NCBI GenBank assembly: GCA_041658985.1
Contig: JBAZZC010000004.1
Coordinates: 20,221-84,220 of the forward strand
Length of the DNA stretch: 64,000 bases
Direction of reading: 5' to 3'
From: Minisyncoccota bacterium
GTDB taxonomy: Bacteria > Patescibacteriota > Minisyncoccia > Phycocordibacterales > DATDWN01
Shown: positions 53,432-62,734 of the stretch, in pieces
Position numbering within the stretch: position 1 is the stretch's first letter
Layout of the letters: the number at the start of each line of letters is the position of its first letter
The notes under the pieces: model-generated
What the model saw: the letters and a program-made list of their open reading frames with translations, nothing else
Database searches by the model: none
What the model was told of the DNA's origin: nothing
Position numbers and translations under genes: made by a program

Positions 53432-54145
53432 ATGATTGAAATTAAAGATATAACAAAAACATATGGTTCTGGTGATGCAAAGCTTCAGGCTCTAAAAGGA
53501 GTTACTTTTACTATTGAGGATGGTGAATTTGTGGCAATTATGGGACCATCGGGTTCTGGTAAATCAACTCTCATGCATATTCTCGGTTGTCTTGATACAC
53601 CAACCTTGGGAACATATTTTCTTGATAGTAAAGATGTGTCTGTTCAAACGGACGAAGAGTTGGCTGAAATTCATCGACTTCATATTGGTTTTGTTTTTCA
53701 ATCTTTTAATTTGTTACCACGTACGACTGTTATGCGTAATGTGATGTTACCTCTTGTCTATGCAGGTGTAGACGAAGAAGAAAGAGAAAATAGGTCAATA
53801 AAAGCACTATTGGCATCTGGAATGACAGAATCACATTTTGCCCATATGAGTAATGAGTTATCTGGTGGACAGATTCAGCGTGTTGCTATTGCGAGAGCAC
53901 TTGTGAACGACCCCTCACTTATTCTTGCTGATGAGCCTACGGGAAATCTGGATACGAAGACTGGAGAAATTGTTCTCGGCACTTTTCAAAAACTAAACAA
54001 AGAACATGGTCGTACTGTTATTTTAATTACACATGAGCATGAAGTGGCCGAGTATGCTGAACGCATTATTACGATACGGGATGGTGTCATAGTCTCCGAC
54101 TCTAAATCACATTCACGTAAACATTATAAACACGATGAAATTTAA
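53432..54145 (+). CDS. ABC transporter ATP-binding protein (MacB/LolD/FtsE-like)
   Basis: Walker A GPSGSGKST, signature LSGGQIQR, Walker B ILADEPTGNLD. Confidence 0.9.
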   Translation: MIEIKDITKTYGSGDAKLQALKGVTFTIEDGEFVAIMGPSGSGKSTLMHILGCLDTPTLGTYFLDSKDVSVQTDEELAEIHRLHIGFVFQSFNLLPRTTVMRNVMLPLVYAGVDEEERENRSIKALLASGMTESHFAHMSNELSGGQIQRVAIARALVNDPSLILADEPTGNLDTKTGEIVLGTFQKLNKEHGRTVILITHEHEVAEYAERIITIRDGVIVSDSKSHSRKHYKHDEI

Positions 54146-55358
54146 AGATATCATTCAGGAAACATATTCAGCATTATCTGCCAACAAAGTTCGGTCTGGG
54201 TTAACCATGCTCGGTATTATAATAGGTATTTCATCAGTAATTGCCATGGTTAGTATTGGTACTGGTGCATCTAAAACAATATCATCTTCAATTGAGTCAC
54301 TTGGCTCAAATTTAATTCAAGTGACACCTGGAGCACAGCGTCAACAGGGTTTTGGTGCAAGTGGTGGCCGTGGGAATGCTAAAACTTTGACCAATGAAGA
54401 TGCCGATGCTATTGCAACACAAATTACAGATGTAGAGGCCGTTGCTTCTCAAGTTTCTGGTCGGTATCAGATTACGGCAAAGGGTACAAATACCAATACA
54501 ACGGTAAACGGTGTCACATCAAATTATCCTCAAATTCGTAATATAGAAATAGCCGACGGGTCGTTCATTTCTGATACCCAAAATAATTCAGCGTCAAAAG
54601 TGGCAGTACTTGGGCCTACGACACTTATTGATTTATTTGGAGAGGGGACAAGTGCTGTAGGACAGTCAATTCGCATTAACGGAATGGAATTCAAAGTTAT
54701 TGGCGTTACAGTTTCAAAGGGCGGGTCGGGTTTTCAAAACCAAGATGATGTGGTTTTTATTCCAACAAAAAGTGCACAAAGATATCTCTCAGGTGACCAA
54801 TATCTCTCAACTATTGCTGTACAAGCTACAGCACCTGAGGTAATGTCACAAGTACAAGCAGATATTACTGCATTGCTTTTAAGTCGGCACAAAATCTCAG
54901 ATTCTACTTTAGCTGATTTCAGCGTGCAAAATCAAAACGATATTTTAGGAGCAGCATCTAGCATCACATCTACACTTACCTATCTTCTGGCCGCAATTGG
55001 AGGTATTTCTCTTTTGGTCGGGGGTATCGGTATTATGAATATGATGCTCACGACCGTGACAGAACGCACAAGAGAAATTGGACTACGCAAAGCGATTGGT
55101 GCGCGCAAAAAAGATATCTCAATTCAGTTTTTGGCAGAAGCGATTACCTTGACAGTTATTGGTGGAATTATAGGTATTGCATTAGGTTGGTTGATTTCAT
55201 TTGTCGTGAATTGGACGGGTCTTGTGACAACAAGTGTTTCACTTTCGTCAGTTGTTCTTGCTTTTGGGGTGTCAGCCGTTGTTGGTATCGTGTTTGGGTA
55301 TTACCCCGCACGTCGTGCATCAATGCTTAACCCTATTGAGGCATTAAGGTACGAATAG
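54135..55358 (+). CDS. ABC transporter permease, FtsX/MacB-type (TM1 - periplasmic domain - 3 TM)
   Basis: MacB_PCD-like periplasmic domain and C-terminal FtsX domain (ERTREIGLRKAIGARK motif). Confidence 0.85.
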   Translation: MKFKDIIQETYSALSANKVRSGLTMLGIIIGISSVIAMVSIGTGASKTISSSIESLGSNLIQVTPGAQRQQGFGASGGRGNAKTLTNEDADAIATQITDVEAVASQVSGRYQITAKGTNTNTTVNGVTSNYPQIRNIEIADGSFISDTQNNSASKVAVLGPTTLIDLFGEGTSAVGQSIRINGMEFKVIGVTVSKGGSGFQNQDDVVFIPTKSAQRYLSGDQYLSTIAVQATAPEVMSQVQADITALLLSRHKISDSTLADFSVQNQNDILGAASSITSTLTYLLAAIGGISLLVGGIGIMNMMLTTVTERTREIGLRKAIGARKKDISIQFLAEAITLTVIGGIIGIALGWLISFVVNWTGLVTTSVSLSSVVLAFGVSAVVGIVFGYYPARRASMLNPIEALRYE

Positions 55359-55407
55359 GAAGTTAGTTATAAAGTTTATAAAGTAAATTACAAAAATAAT
55401 TAAAAAA

Positions 55408-55514
55408 ATGAATCCCGTTAGAAATAACGGAGATCAAAAGTGCCATTATCAGATACATTAAATAATTAAATGTAGGAATCAAAACAAAATAATGATCTCC
55501 TATTTCTAAACGGG
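55408..55514 (+). promoter_or_regulatory. conserved stem-forming 5' leader, copy 2
   Basis: Arms ATGAATCCCGTTAGAAAT ... ATTTCTAAACGGG, then ATG of 55515. The internal hairpin GGAGATCA...TGATCTCC differs from copy 1's GGAAAGGCTTT...AAGCTTTCC. Confidence 0.55.
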
Positions 55515-55952
55515 ATGAAGAATAAAACAACAATAGTTGTCGTAGTATTAATTTTAATTGGGGCATCATTTTATGGTGGAGTGGTGTATGGCAAAAGGAC
55601 TCTTCCTACTCGAGGACAATTTACTAACAGTCAATTTACGGGAAATGTAAGTGGTGCAAGAGGTACTGGTATGAGAGGAAATATAAATGGTGGATTTACG
55701 GCAGGTGAAATTATTTCTAAAGACGCCACAAGTATAACTATAAAAATGCAAGACGGTAGTACTAAAATTGTTTTAGTTGCTACTAGTACACAAGTAATGA
55801 AATCATCAGCCGGTTCTTTGGGGGACCTAACGACCGGTACAAATGTAACTATTACCGGTACTGCAAACAGTGACGGAAGTCTTACTGCTCAAAATGTGCA
55901 AATTCGTCCTGCAGGGCTTGCACCAATTGGCGGTATGAGAGCAACTCGATAA
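55515..55952 (+). CDS. small membrane-anchored Gly-rich protein with C-terminal beta domain (paralog B)
   Basis: N-terminal TM, Gly-rich linker, beta-rich C-terminus. Confidence 0.45.
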   Translation: MKNKTTIVVVVLILIGASFYGGVVYGKRTLPTRGQFTNSQFTGNVSGARGTGMRGNINGGFTAGEIISKDATSITIKMQDGSTKIVLVATSTQVMKSSAGSLGDLTTGTNVTITGTANSDGSLTAQNVQIRPAGLAPIGGMRATR

Positions 55953-56056
55953 ACTTATAAAGAACAGTAGTTGACCCACAATATCAACTTGACTTATTTT
56001 TAATATTGTGTAACAATATCGTTTGGTAAATCCGCCACAGCAGAAGGAGATTCGTC

Positions 56057-56509
56057 ATGCGTATCGCCACAGTGTTCGTCGCTCTCGCCCTGCTCGTCGG
56101 TTTGGTTGGGTTTGTTAGTGCTCAGCCACCGACGACGATGGTCGTCGGATACGAGGCCGAGCTGGTCAACCTGACCTCACTCGGCCTTATCTGGCCTGGC
56201 GTTGATGAGCCTTGTGGGCCATACTTTCGGTTCAATGGTGTTCCGAAGGGAGCTGGTAAGATTGGAACGTTGGTTCTCGTCGCATCGTCCATCGGCAAGG
56301 ACGGTATGAGGGAGGCCCTGGTTCCCATGTTGGGGACGGACAAGTTCCAGCTCCGGATGACTACGGGGCTTAAGGTCCCGAGGATCAAGATTCTCCGGCG
56401 TGGAGGCCCGGTGCTTCCATGGATTGAAATTTCCATCAGTCCGGCAGACTATAGACAGGCGCCGTGCCTGTCCCACGTGGCGGTCTTGGGCAGTGTCCCT
56501 GCCCACTGA
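56057..56509 (+). CDS. GC-rich secreted hypothetical protein
   Basis: SD GAAGGAG 8 nt upstream. Signal peptide MRIATVFVALALLVGLVGFVSA. GC-rich hairpin/T-rich region after the stop. Confidence 0.45.
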   Translation: MRIATVFVALALLVGLVGFVSAQPPTTMVVGYEAELVNLTSLGLIWPGVDEPCGPYFRFNGVPKGAGKIGTLVLVASSIGKDGMREALVPMLGTDKFQLRMTTGLKVPRIKILRRGGPVLPWIEISISPADYRQAPCLSHVAVLGSVPAH

Positions 56510-56615
56510 CGACCCGTTCGTTCGTGTTCCAGGCCCTGGGGGTTCGCTCCCCGGGGTCTTTCGTTTATAAATTTTCAACTCAACAGGTCTTTTGATTTGT
56601 GATATTATTTAATAC

Positions 56616-56903
56616 ATGAAAGATGAAAATGAAAAACAGGTGGGCCTAGATATTCTCAAACATATTGAAGAACTGTCTAACCAAATAAACAATTTTATGT
56701 CTATTAGGACGAGGTCAGTTTTTAGGCGATATCCTCTGACTTTTATGCTTCTAATTCTTGTCGGGGTAGTGGCTGTGAGCGAAGGCTTGAAAGATATAAT
56801 CACTCACATTTCCTTTTTTGCTGGTCATCCCTGGAAGTTATTTTTTGTGGGACTTATCATCCTCGTTATCACTGGAACTCTTTATAAAAAATTAGATAAA
56901 TAA
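56616..56903 (+). CDS. small 2-TM membrane protein
   Basis: Hydrophobicity only. Confidence 0.3.
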   Translation: MKDENEKQVGLDILKHIEELSNQINNFMSIRTRSVFRRYPLTFMLLILVGVVAVSEGLKDIITHISFFAGHPWKLFFVGLIILVITGTLYKKLDK

Positions 56904-56909
56904 ATTATT

Positions 56910-57227
56910 ATGAAAAACTTAATCATAAAAAATGCTTTTATGAACGCTGTCATGACAATTGGCTATATCGTAATCGTATCTTTGTTTTTATTTTATGTGC
57001 CAAAATCTTTTGACTCAGCGGGCGACAACGTGATACTTGTTCCAATCTTAATGTTGTCTCTTTTGGTATTTTCAGTCGCTATAGTTGGCGTATCTATTTT
57101 TGGTCGGCCTATTATATGGTATTTAGATGGTAAAAGGACAGAAGCTGTTCACCTGCTTGCCTATACATTAGGAATATTTTTTATTATAGCAATTCTCTTA
57201 TTTCTGACACTATTTTTTATTTTATGA
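56910..57227 (+). CDS. small 3-TM membrane protein
   Basis: Hydrophobicity only. Confidence 0.3.
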   Translation: MKNLIIKNAFMNAVMTIGYIVIVSLFLFYVPKSFDSAGDNVILVPILMLSLLVFSVAIVGVSIFGRPIIWYLDGKRTEAVHLLAYTLGIFFIIAILLFLTLFFIL

Positions 57228-57880
57228 AACTACTGTTAACATCTGGAGGAATTACAAATAAATCAATTACTGACGCACTATTTGAATTGGTAGGTAAAAG
57301 GCCAGAGGATACTTCACTTGTTTTTGTTCCTACTGCTTCAAATGTAGAAATGGGAGACAAGGGGTGGCTTATAAATGATTTAATTAATTTGAAAAAATTA
57401 AACTTGAAGTCAATAAATATTGCTGACATTTCTGCTGTGGGTAAGGATGTTTGGTTGCCACAATTTGAAGAAGCTGACATTTTGTTCTTTGAAGGTGGAG
57501 ACGAATATACTCTTATGGAATGGATAAATAAGTCTGGACTGAAGGAGCTATTGCCGGAATTGTTGAAAACAAAAGTCTATGTTGGTTTGAGCGCAGGCAC
57601 TATGGTGACAAATCCGGATTTATCTTTTGAAATATCACAATCCTTATATGACGAAGATTTTGATAGGTCAGAAGACATGCTAGGTCTTAATTATGTAGAT
57701 TTTTATTTTCTGCCACACCTTAACTCTCAATATTTTTCAAAATTGCGAGAGGAAAATATCAAGAAAATAGTAGAAAAAATACCAAAAAAAATTTATGCTA
57801 TGGATGATGATGGGGCCCTGAAGATTGTGGACGGTAAGGTTGAAATTATAAGTGAGGGAAAATACTTAATTTTTAATTAA
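57224..57880 (+). CDS. peptidase E-like (S51 family / class I glutamine-amidotransferase-like fold)
   Basis: MKLLLTSGGITNK (S51 lLlTSGG start). The Ser-containing motif GLSAGTMV could be the nucleophile elbow. Length ~218 aa. Confidence 0.5.
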   Translation: MKLLLTSGGITNKSITDALFELVGKRPEDTSLVFVPTASNVEMGDKGWLINDLINLKKLNLKSINIADISAVGKDVWLPQFEEADILFFEGGDEYTLMEWINKSGLKELLPELLKTKVYVGLSAGTMVTNPDLSFEISQSLYDEDFDRSEDMLGLNYVDFYFLPHLNSQYFSKLREENIKKIVEKIPKKIYAMDDDGALKIVDGKVEIISEGKYLIFN

Positions 57881-58047
57881 AAAACATGCTATCAAAAGTC
57901 TCTAATCTGACACCTATAGAATCGGAGTTTATAAGAATTACCCAAACTCATTTGATAAAGAGATAAAATTGATAGAACTAAATAAATAAAAAATAGTATG
58001 ACAGCTTTCCGTTTTAGTGGTATTAGTATATACTTTTACATACCTGT

Positions 58048-58153
58048 CCCGTTAGAAGTTGTAGAGAGTTAATAGGGATAGGTATTCATTATAAAAATAA
58101 TTTAAGTAATTTATCACAAGGTATATTATTTTGTGAATTTTACTTCTAATGGG
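58048..58153 (+). promoter_or_regulatory. conserved stem-forming 5' leader, copy 3 (arms CCCGTTAGAAGT / ACTTCTAATGGG)
   Basis: Relative to copies 1 and 2, A>G in the 5' arm is matched by T>C in the 3' arm, which preserves pairing. One G.U wobble. Confidence 0.5.
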
Positions 58154-58264
58154 ATGGCAAAAAGAGCAGCAACAAACACAAAAAACAAAACATCTCGTTC
58201 GCACAAGACAAAAAAGCGACTTGAAATAAAACGACTTAGACTTCTTGCAAAACGTAAGAAGTAG
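58154..58264 (+). CDS. tiny highly basic peptide (36 aa, MAKRAATNTKNKTSRSHKTKKRLEIKRLRLLAKRKK), ribosomal-protein-like composition. Not in the ORF track.
   Basis: ATG directly after the leader's 3' arm. 37 codons. Composition resembles small r-proteins, but no family assigned. Confidence 0.3.
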   Translation: MAKRAATNTKNKTSRSHKTKKRLEIKRLRLLAKRKK

Positions 58265-58307
58265 TAGCCTTTAAAGATGTCTTTTAGAATGATATAATAT
58301 TGGCATT

Positions 58308-58499
58308 ATGAATAACAAAACAATCGTTCTCTTTTTATTAATATTAATAGTTCTTTTAGGGGCATTTTATCTGTATCGCAAAACCCTAGCACCAACTGGG
58401 CCTGTAGCTTGTACACAAGAAGCAAAAATTTGTCCTGACGGTTCTGCGGTTGGACGCACGGGTCCAAATTGCGAGTTTGCCCCATGTCCTAGTATATAA
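58308..58499 (+). CDS. small secreted Cys-containing hypothetical protein
   Basis: Signal-anchor plus four Cys. Confidence 0.3.
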   Translation: MNNKTIVLFLLILIVLLGAFYLYRKTLAPTGPVACTQEAKICPDGSAVGRTGPNCEFAPCPSI

Positions 58500-58521
58500 A
58501 AGAAAATAAAGTTTTTGAGAC

Positions 58522-59499
58522 CTATCTCTTAAAATGGGTTTTTATGTATTCCTCGGTTTCACTCATGGAAAATGGTTGAGTGGAATTACCAATACGAGCA
58601 AAAAACTCTTCTCTTTTGTCGCCATTTTTTAAGTATGCTGGTTTATGTCCATTCTGAACAGAGACAATACAAACATCTTTTTCATTTACATTATCAAAGT
58701 TTATTTTTATATATTTTGTAAACTGCAAACCAATCATTGTCTTTACAAGCATAGTCAAATGATTTTCAAAACCATCACGATTTTTCTTTGGTAATACCTT
58801 ATAATCGTTTTCTAGTCCGATTACTTCTCCATCGTCATTTACTCCAATGAGAAGTGTTCCACCATCCGCATTTAAGAAACCTACAACTGACTTTACTATG
58901 ACTTTCTCCAACTCTTTATTAACCTCGTTTTTTCTTGTATCAAAACGAAGGGTTTCCTTAAACTCTAACTTATATCCCTCATCTCGTTTTAACAGAGTTT
59001 GTAAATTTAAAGGTGAGGTATTTTTAGGAGAGTTTTGGGTTATTTGTTTTATTATTTCCGTATATTCTTCAAAATTAGGTATATCTTTCAATTTTGTAAT
59101 TTTACCATCTTGATGCTCAAGTATTATAGTGGCATGTTTTATTCTACGGGCAATCGGTGATTGATGTGTTTCCACAGATATAATGTCATTAAGGTTTATA
59201 TATTTTTTGCGTTGAAATAAAATACCTGATTTTCTAATAATCTCCTTTTCTCCAATTTCAAAATATGAAAAATACCAATCAAGAAAAAGAGTAACTAGAT
59301 ATGTCAATTGAAACAAAGAAGAAACAATTAAAATAAAAAGGTCATAGCGAACATAATGGTCTATACTCAATCCTCTGAAAAGCACCTCATAATTTGCTAG
59401 ATAAGAAATAGCAATGAGAAAAATAACAGCGACAATTTCCATTAGGAAAACCTCCTTCAAAAAAGCCATAGGTCCTTGTTTGATAATAACTCTGCCCAT
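58522..59499 (-). CDS. membrane protein with bPH_2 (bacterial PH-like) domain and C-terminal AlbA_2/Schlafen-like putative DNA-binding domain
   Basis: N-terminal TM helices + YdbT-like PH region. C-terminus KETLRFDTRKNEVNKELEKVIVKSVVGFLNADGGTLLIGVNDDGEVIGL matches the AlbA_2 pattern. Confidence 0.5.
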   Translation of the reverse strand: MGRVIIKQGPMAFLKEVFLMEIVAVIFLIAISYLANYEVLFRGLSIDHYVRYDLFILIVSSLFQLTYLVTLFLDWYFSYFEIGEKEIIRKSGILFQRKKYINLNDIISVETHQSPIARRIKHATIILEHQDGKITKLKDIPNFEEYTEIIKQITQNSPKNTSPLNLQTLLKRDEGYKLEFKETLRFDTRKNEVNKELEKVIVKSVVGFLNADGGTLLIGVNDDGEVIGLENDYKVLPKKNRDGFENHLTMLVKTMIGLQFTKYIKINFDNVNEKDVCIVSVQNGHKPAYLKNGDKREEFFARIGNSTQPFSMSETEEYIKTHFKR

Positions 59500-59502
59500 T
59501 TT

Positions 59503-59734
59503 ATCCGCACACTAACTCTCATTTTGGGTTAGTGTATTTTTTATTATTAATTTTAATCTACTTCTAACTCGACTCATATATTCTAACACTTTTTTCTTTC
59601 CTTATATATCTAACCCTTTTGTTATGTTTTATAACTTTCTAATCTTGGGGGATTGAACTTATGTCGCTTATTTTAACTTTAATTTTCTATTATGTGGGTA
59701 TAAAACATAACGAAATGAGAGTTAGTGTGCGGAT
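59503..59734. mobile_element. family A miniature TIR element (non-autonomous, ~230 bp)
   Basis: ATCCGCACACTAACTCTCATTT at 59503-59524. Reverse complement AAATGAGAGTTAGTGTGCGGAT at 59713-59734. No ORF inside. Confidence 0.6.
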
Positions 59735-59794
59735 GAATTTTAACACAAAATTTTCAAGCAAGTTGACAAGATAAAAAAATGTTAAAATAGAGGA

Positions 59795-60964
59795 ATGACT
59801 CCTTTAGCTGTAAAAATTAGACCTACAAATCTCGATGATTTTGTTGGCCAGAAACATCTAGTGGGCGAAGGAAAGCCCCTACGTGTTGCCATAGAAAAGA
59901 AACATCTCTTTTCCTTTATCTTATGGGGTCCTCCTGGAGTGGGTAAAACCACTTTGGCTAGAATTTATGCCAAAGCTATTAATGCCGATTTTTACGAACT
60001 TTCGGCTGTTTCTGCCGGGAAAGATGATATAAGAAAGATATTGGTTTCAGAGAAAGAAAAAACAAAAGTTTTGTTTCTTGATGAGATTCATCGTTTTAAT
60101 AAATCACAACAGGATTTTCTTTTACCCTTTGTTGAGTCCGGTGAGATGCTTCTTGTCGGTGCTACAACAGAAAATCCGAGTTTTGAGGTTATTTCGCCTC
60201 TCCTTTCACGTTGTAGGATTTTTGTTTTAAATGATTTTTCTCCCGAAGAAATGGGGGAGATTCTTGATCGAGTACAAACCGCCTCTTCGGCGGTCCGCCG
60301 AGGAGGCGGAAAAGAAGCCAAAATAAAAATAGATAAAGAGTCAAAAGGGTGGCTTATTAGAATGGCCAACGGTGATGCTAGGCAAGCCATATCGCTTTTG
60401 GAAGCCACCATTGGTTTGTATGGAAAAATTAGTGTTGAAAATTTGAAACAAGCCCTACAATCAAAATTTTTAAGGTACGATAAGGTTGGTGATGAGCATT
60501 ACAATACTATAAGCGCCTTTATTAAAAGTATGCGTGCTAGTCAGCCTGATGCTGCGCTCTATTATATGTGCAGAATGATTGATGCTGGTGAGGACCCAAA
60601 ATTTATTGCTCGTCGTATGGTGGTTTTTGCCAGTGAGGATATTGGCCTTGCTCAGCCAACGGCTCTTGTTGTAGCTAATGCTGTTTTTCGGGCCGTGGAA
60701 ACTATAGGATTGCCTGAATGTGCCGAGAATTTGGCACACGGGGTTGTCTATTTAGCGCAGGCCAAAAAAGACCGTTCAGCTTACAATGCTTACTTGGAGG
60801 CCATGGAAGATGTAAAAAAATATGGTAACCTCCTTATACCTTTAAAAATAAGAAACGCCCCAACTAAGCTCATGAAGGATTTGGATTACGGAAAAGGCTA
60901 TGAGCAATATACCAAAGAGGATTTATTACCAGAAAAGTTAAAGAACAAAAAATACTTAAAATAA
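59795..60964 (+). CDS. rarA: replication-associated recombination protein A (MgsA/RarA AAA+ ATPase)
   Basis: LWGPPGVGKTTLARIYA, sensor motifs, C-terminal MgsA-specific helical domain. Contains the in-frame GC-rich palindrome at 60279-60309. Confidence 0.9.
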   Translation: MTPLAVKIRPTNLDDFVGQKHLVGEGKPLRVAIEKKHLFSFILWGPPGVGKTTLARIYAKAINADFYELSAVSAGKDDIRKILVSEKEKTKVLFLDEIHRFNKSQQDFLLPFVESGEMLLVGATTENPSFEVISPLLSRCRIFVLNDFSPEEMGEILDRVQTASSAVRRGGGKEAKIKIDKESKGWLIRMANGDARQAISLLEATIGLYGKISVENLKQALQSKFLRYDKVGDEHYNTISAFIKSMRASQPDAALYYMCRMIDAGEDPKFIARRMVVFASEDIGLAQPTALVVANAVFRAVETIGLPECAENLAHGVVYLAQAKKDRSAYNAYLEAMEDVKKYGNLLIPLKIRNAPTKLMKDLDYGKGYEQYTKEDLLPEKLKNKKYLK

Positions 60965-61026
60965 TTTATATTGTTGACAAAAAGGCTGTAGCTGATAATC
61001 TAATTTTGGAGCGGGAAGGAGTTTAC

Positions 61027-61275
61027 ATGCCAAAAACAAGTATGAAGGACGACAAGCCTTTCCACGAGTCCATTGTGGATGCGATTGGAGAAGCATCAAG
61101 CACTGACCTTCACTGTCTCGGTCGTCTGATCAAGGCGACAGCCATCCCAAAGGGTCATGACCAGATTCTTACAGCGTGGGAGGGACATGCCAGGCCAATC
61201 CTGGGTTCTATGGACCTCGGGGTCCCGGAAGCGCTTCGTCTTAAGAAGCGACGAGCCGAACGTGGCGACGGCTAA
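61027..61275 (+). CDS. GC-rich small hypothetical protein (~82 aa)
   Basis: SD GGAAGGAG before ATG at 61027. Terminator hairpin at 61288-61325. Confidence 0.4.
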   Translation: MPKTSMKDDKPFHESIVDAIGEASSTDLHCLGRLIKATAIPKGHDQILTAWEGHARPILGSMDLGVPEALRLKKRRAERGDG

Positions 61276-61351
61276 AGGCCTGTGGGAAAGCCCGCGATAT
61301 CATCGCGCTCCCACGGGCTTTTTCACACTCAAAAACTTTATGTTATAATTC

Positions 61352-61653
61352 ATCCGCACACTAACTCTCATTTCGTTATGTTTTATGTATATGTGATCAA
61401 AAGTAAAAAGTTTGATAATCTATACATTGGTTCTACTAATAGTCTTAGAGAAAGACTCATAAAACATAACAAAGGACTAGTTAAATCAACAAAAAAGAAT
61501 AAACCATATGTGCTAATATATTATGAAGCGTATAAGATAGAATCAGATGCGCGAAGGAGGGAAAAAATGTTAAAATATAGAGGTCAAGCAAGAAATCAAT
61601 TAAAATTAAGAATAAAAGACACACTAGCGCAAAATGAGAGTTAGTGTGCGGAT
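61352..61653. mobile_element. family A TIR element (22-bp TIR ATCCGCACACTAACTCTCATTT) carrying a GIY-YIG nuclease gene
   Basis: Left TIR 61352-61373. Right TIR 61632-61653 is an exact reverse complement. The GIY-YIG stop codon lies inside the right TIR. Confidence 0.65.
61378..61644 (+). CDS. GIY-YIG nuclease family protein (URI domain, ~88 aa)
   Basis: MFYVYVIKSKKFDNLYIGSTNSLRERLIKHN gives the GIY...YIG motifs, plus a conserved Arg and Glu downstream. Confidence 0.8.
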   Translation: MFYVYVIKSKKFDNLYIGSTNSLRERLIKHNKGLVKSTKKNKPYVLIYYEAYKIESDARRREKMLKYRGQARNQLKLRIKDTLAQNES

Positions 61654-61655
61654 AA

Positions 61656-62689
61656 ATGTGGATAAAGATATATTACAAAAATATTTTTTTATTGGATTGT
61701 TGTTTTTAGTATCTGTTCTCATATTTTTTATTTTTCTACCTTTTATAGAAGTAATAATTTTGTCAGCTATTTTTGCTGTTATTTTAAGTCCATTACATAA
61801 AAGGCTCACAAGGTTACTTGCTGGTAGAAGCGGAATCTCGGCCTTTGTTGTAATTTTACTCTTTGCCGTTATTATAATTGTTCCAGTATTTTTATTAACC
61901 GTTCAAATACTTGATGAATCAAAAAATTTGTATATACAACTAACCAGCCAAACAGAATTAAATTATGCGCATCAGATAACCTACGTAATAGAAAAACCGA
62001 TTCAAAGATTTTATCCAGGATTTTCGTTTGATATTGGAGCGGTTATTGGGGTTGGTACGGATTTAATTATAAGTCACTTAAGTTCTATTGTTTCCAGTGT
62101 GTTTAATATAGTTACAGGTATTATCCTTATGTTCATTTCGCTTTATTTCTTTTTACGAGACGGCTCAAAGTTCAAGAAAGTTCTTGTTGTTCTAAGTCCG
62201 ATGAATAATGAATATGATGAACGTATATTTAGTAAAATCAAACAAACTGTCCTCTCAACCGTAAAGGGTGTCTTATTTATTGCTATTATTCAAGGTCTTC
62301 TTGCTGGTATTGGTATGAAAATTTTTGGTGTTCCAAATGCCACTTTGTGGGGAAGTGTTTCAGCCGTTGCTTCTCTTGTGCCAGGTCTTGGGACGGCTAT
62401 CATTTTTATTCCAGCCGTATCATATATGTTTATCATCGGTAACGTTCCCTTTGCAATCGGACTATTGCTTTGGGGTATCTTGATTGTCGGTCTGGTAGAT
62501 AATTTTCTTGGGCCATATTTATATTCTCGCGGAAGTGAAATTCATCAATTAATTATGCTTTTTGCCGTACTTGGTGGCATTGGTCTTTTTGGTCCGGTAG
62601 GATTTATTTTTGGTCCGATTATTATTGCTCTGTTTTTTACTCTAATTGAAATATATCAAACTCTTATTTTGAAGAAGAATTTAGAATAA
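61656..62689 (+). CDS. AI-2E family transporter (PerM/UPF0118-like)
   Basis: 8-TM profile with GLVDNFLGPYLYSRGSEIHQLIMLFAVLGGIGLFGPVGFIFGPII, typical of the family. Start chosen at the ATG at 61656 just after the TIR. Confidence 0.7.
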
Positions 62690-62695
62690 AAAGAC

Positions 62696-62716
62696 AGGAG
62701 GGCCCTAAGGCCCCCC
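62696..62716 (-). terminator. rho-independent terminator (minus strand)
   Basis: Minus strand reads GGGGGCCTTAGGGCCC then TCCTGTCTTTTTA. Confidence 0.5.
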
Positions 62717-62734
62717 GTGAAGAAGTTGCGTGGG

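Noticed and set aside
51034-55514. Leader copies 1 and 2 as simple MITE insertions rather than regulatory RNAs
   Set aside because: Not fully rejected. It is kept as the alternative hypothesis in the finding. The regulatory reading is favoured because the 3' arm always abuts an ATG and copy 3 shows a compensatory change.
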